A stretch of DNA of 32,000 bases from Gemmata obscuriglobus (GTDB lineage Bacteria > Planctomycetota > Planctomycetia > Gemmatales > Gemmataceae). The stretch covers positions 6,600,001 through 6,632,000 of the forward strand of contig NZ_CP042911.1 of NCBI RefSeq assembly GCF_008065095.1, read 5' to 3'. Below the pieces are notes generated by a model, which did no database searches, was not told the origin of the DNA, and saw only the letters and a program-made list of their open reading frames with translations. Positions 31,856 through 32,000 of the stretch are shown here, piece after piece. Position numbers and translations under genes: made by a program. How positions within the stretch are numbered: position 1 is the first letter of the stretch; each line of letters starts with the position of its first letter.

Positions 31856-31896
31856 GCGATTTTGACGGGATCGACAGAATCCCGTCAAAATCGCCT
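31856..31896. other. Perfect 17-bp inverted repeat with a 7-nt spacer (hairpin or operator)
   Basis: GGCGATTTTGACGGGAT (31856-31872) and ATCCCGTCAAAATCGCC (31880-31896) are separated by cgacaga. The element lies 30 nt upstream of the GT2 start on the minus strand. It also lies about 50 nt downstream of a possible minus-strand stop at 31946. Confidence 0.8.
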
Positions 31897-31945
31897 AACT
31901 CAGCGTCCTATAAATCCCGTTTATCTCGTCAACGGCCCTTCTCGC

Positions 31946-31999
31946 TCAGGCCATCAGCGGGTCGACGTTGAACGCGCGGCTCAGGCCTTCGTAGTGGAA
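31946..31999 (-). CDS. Possible 3' end of a minus-strand gene running off the window
   Basis: The minus-strand frame reads ...FHYEGLSRAFNVDPLMA*, with TGA at 31948-31946. Only 17 codons are visible, so this is weakly supported. Confidence 0.25.
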   Translation of the reverse strand, partial: FHYEGLSRAFNVDPLMA

Positions 32000-32000
32000 C

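Overview
The window is high-GC by eye (about 65-70%), with one clear low-GC exception. It looks like a chromosomal segment from a Planctomycetota (Gemmata-like) genome. The taxonomic hint is a prepilin-leader/DUF1559 'H-X9-DG' protein, ECF sigma factors paired with a Ser/Thr kinase, and GC-rich palindromic intergenic repeats.

Reading left to right:
(1) 3-6422, plus strand. This is the 3' part of a Bat/aerotolerance-like envelope cluster. It holds a giant coiled-coil protein with a PGQ(N/G)Q low-complexity tail, a BatA-N/vWA-like/GATase1-like membrane protein, and a secreted protein with a legumain-like His/Cys dyad.
(2) 6529-12619. A translationally coupled triad of vWA (MIDAS), PP2C-like phosphatase and protein kinase. 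This is the 'TerY-P triad' gene architecture. Here the kinase is a 1502-aa transmembrane protein with a roughly 1000-aa, three-fold repeated beta-propeller-like ectodomain.
(3) An ECF-like sigma gene with no partner follows the triad. After it come about 920 bp of non-coding DNA carrying a roughly 250-bp palindromic repeat element. Next is an ECF sigma gene overlapping (ATGA) a ZAS-motif/Ser-Thr-kinase/TM/LRR fusion gene.
(4) A DUF1559 protein and a small lipoprotein.
(5) A visibly low-GC leucine-rich-repeat gene on the minus strand.
(6) 19690-26768. A nucleotide-sugar tailoring cluster: an HddA-like GHMP kinase, an Fcl/ColC-like reductase, E1 alpha/beta thiamine-diphosphate subunits with no E2/E3 partner, a ColD/E1-type PLP 3-dehydratase with His in place of the Schiff-base Lys, and a B12-binding radical SAM enzyme.
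(7) 26918-31826. A convergent minus-strand glycosyltransferase operon that includes UDP-galactopyranose mutase.

I saw no rRNA, tRNA, CRISPR array, transposase or integrase. The two most interesting loci are the vWA-PP2C-kinase triad with its giant sensor arm (possibly wired to the downstream sigma factor) and the sugar cluster, which predicts an unusual branched or methylated dideoxy sugar. All family assignments come from motifs read by eye. No database search was run.
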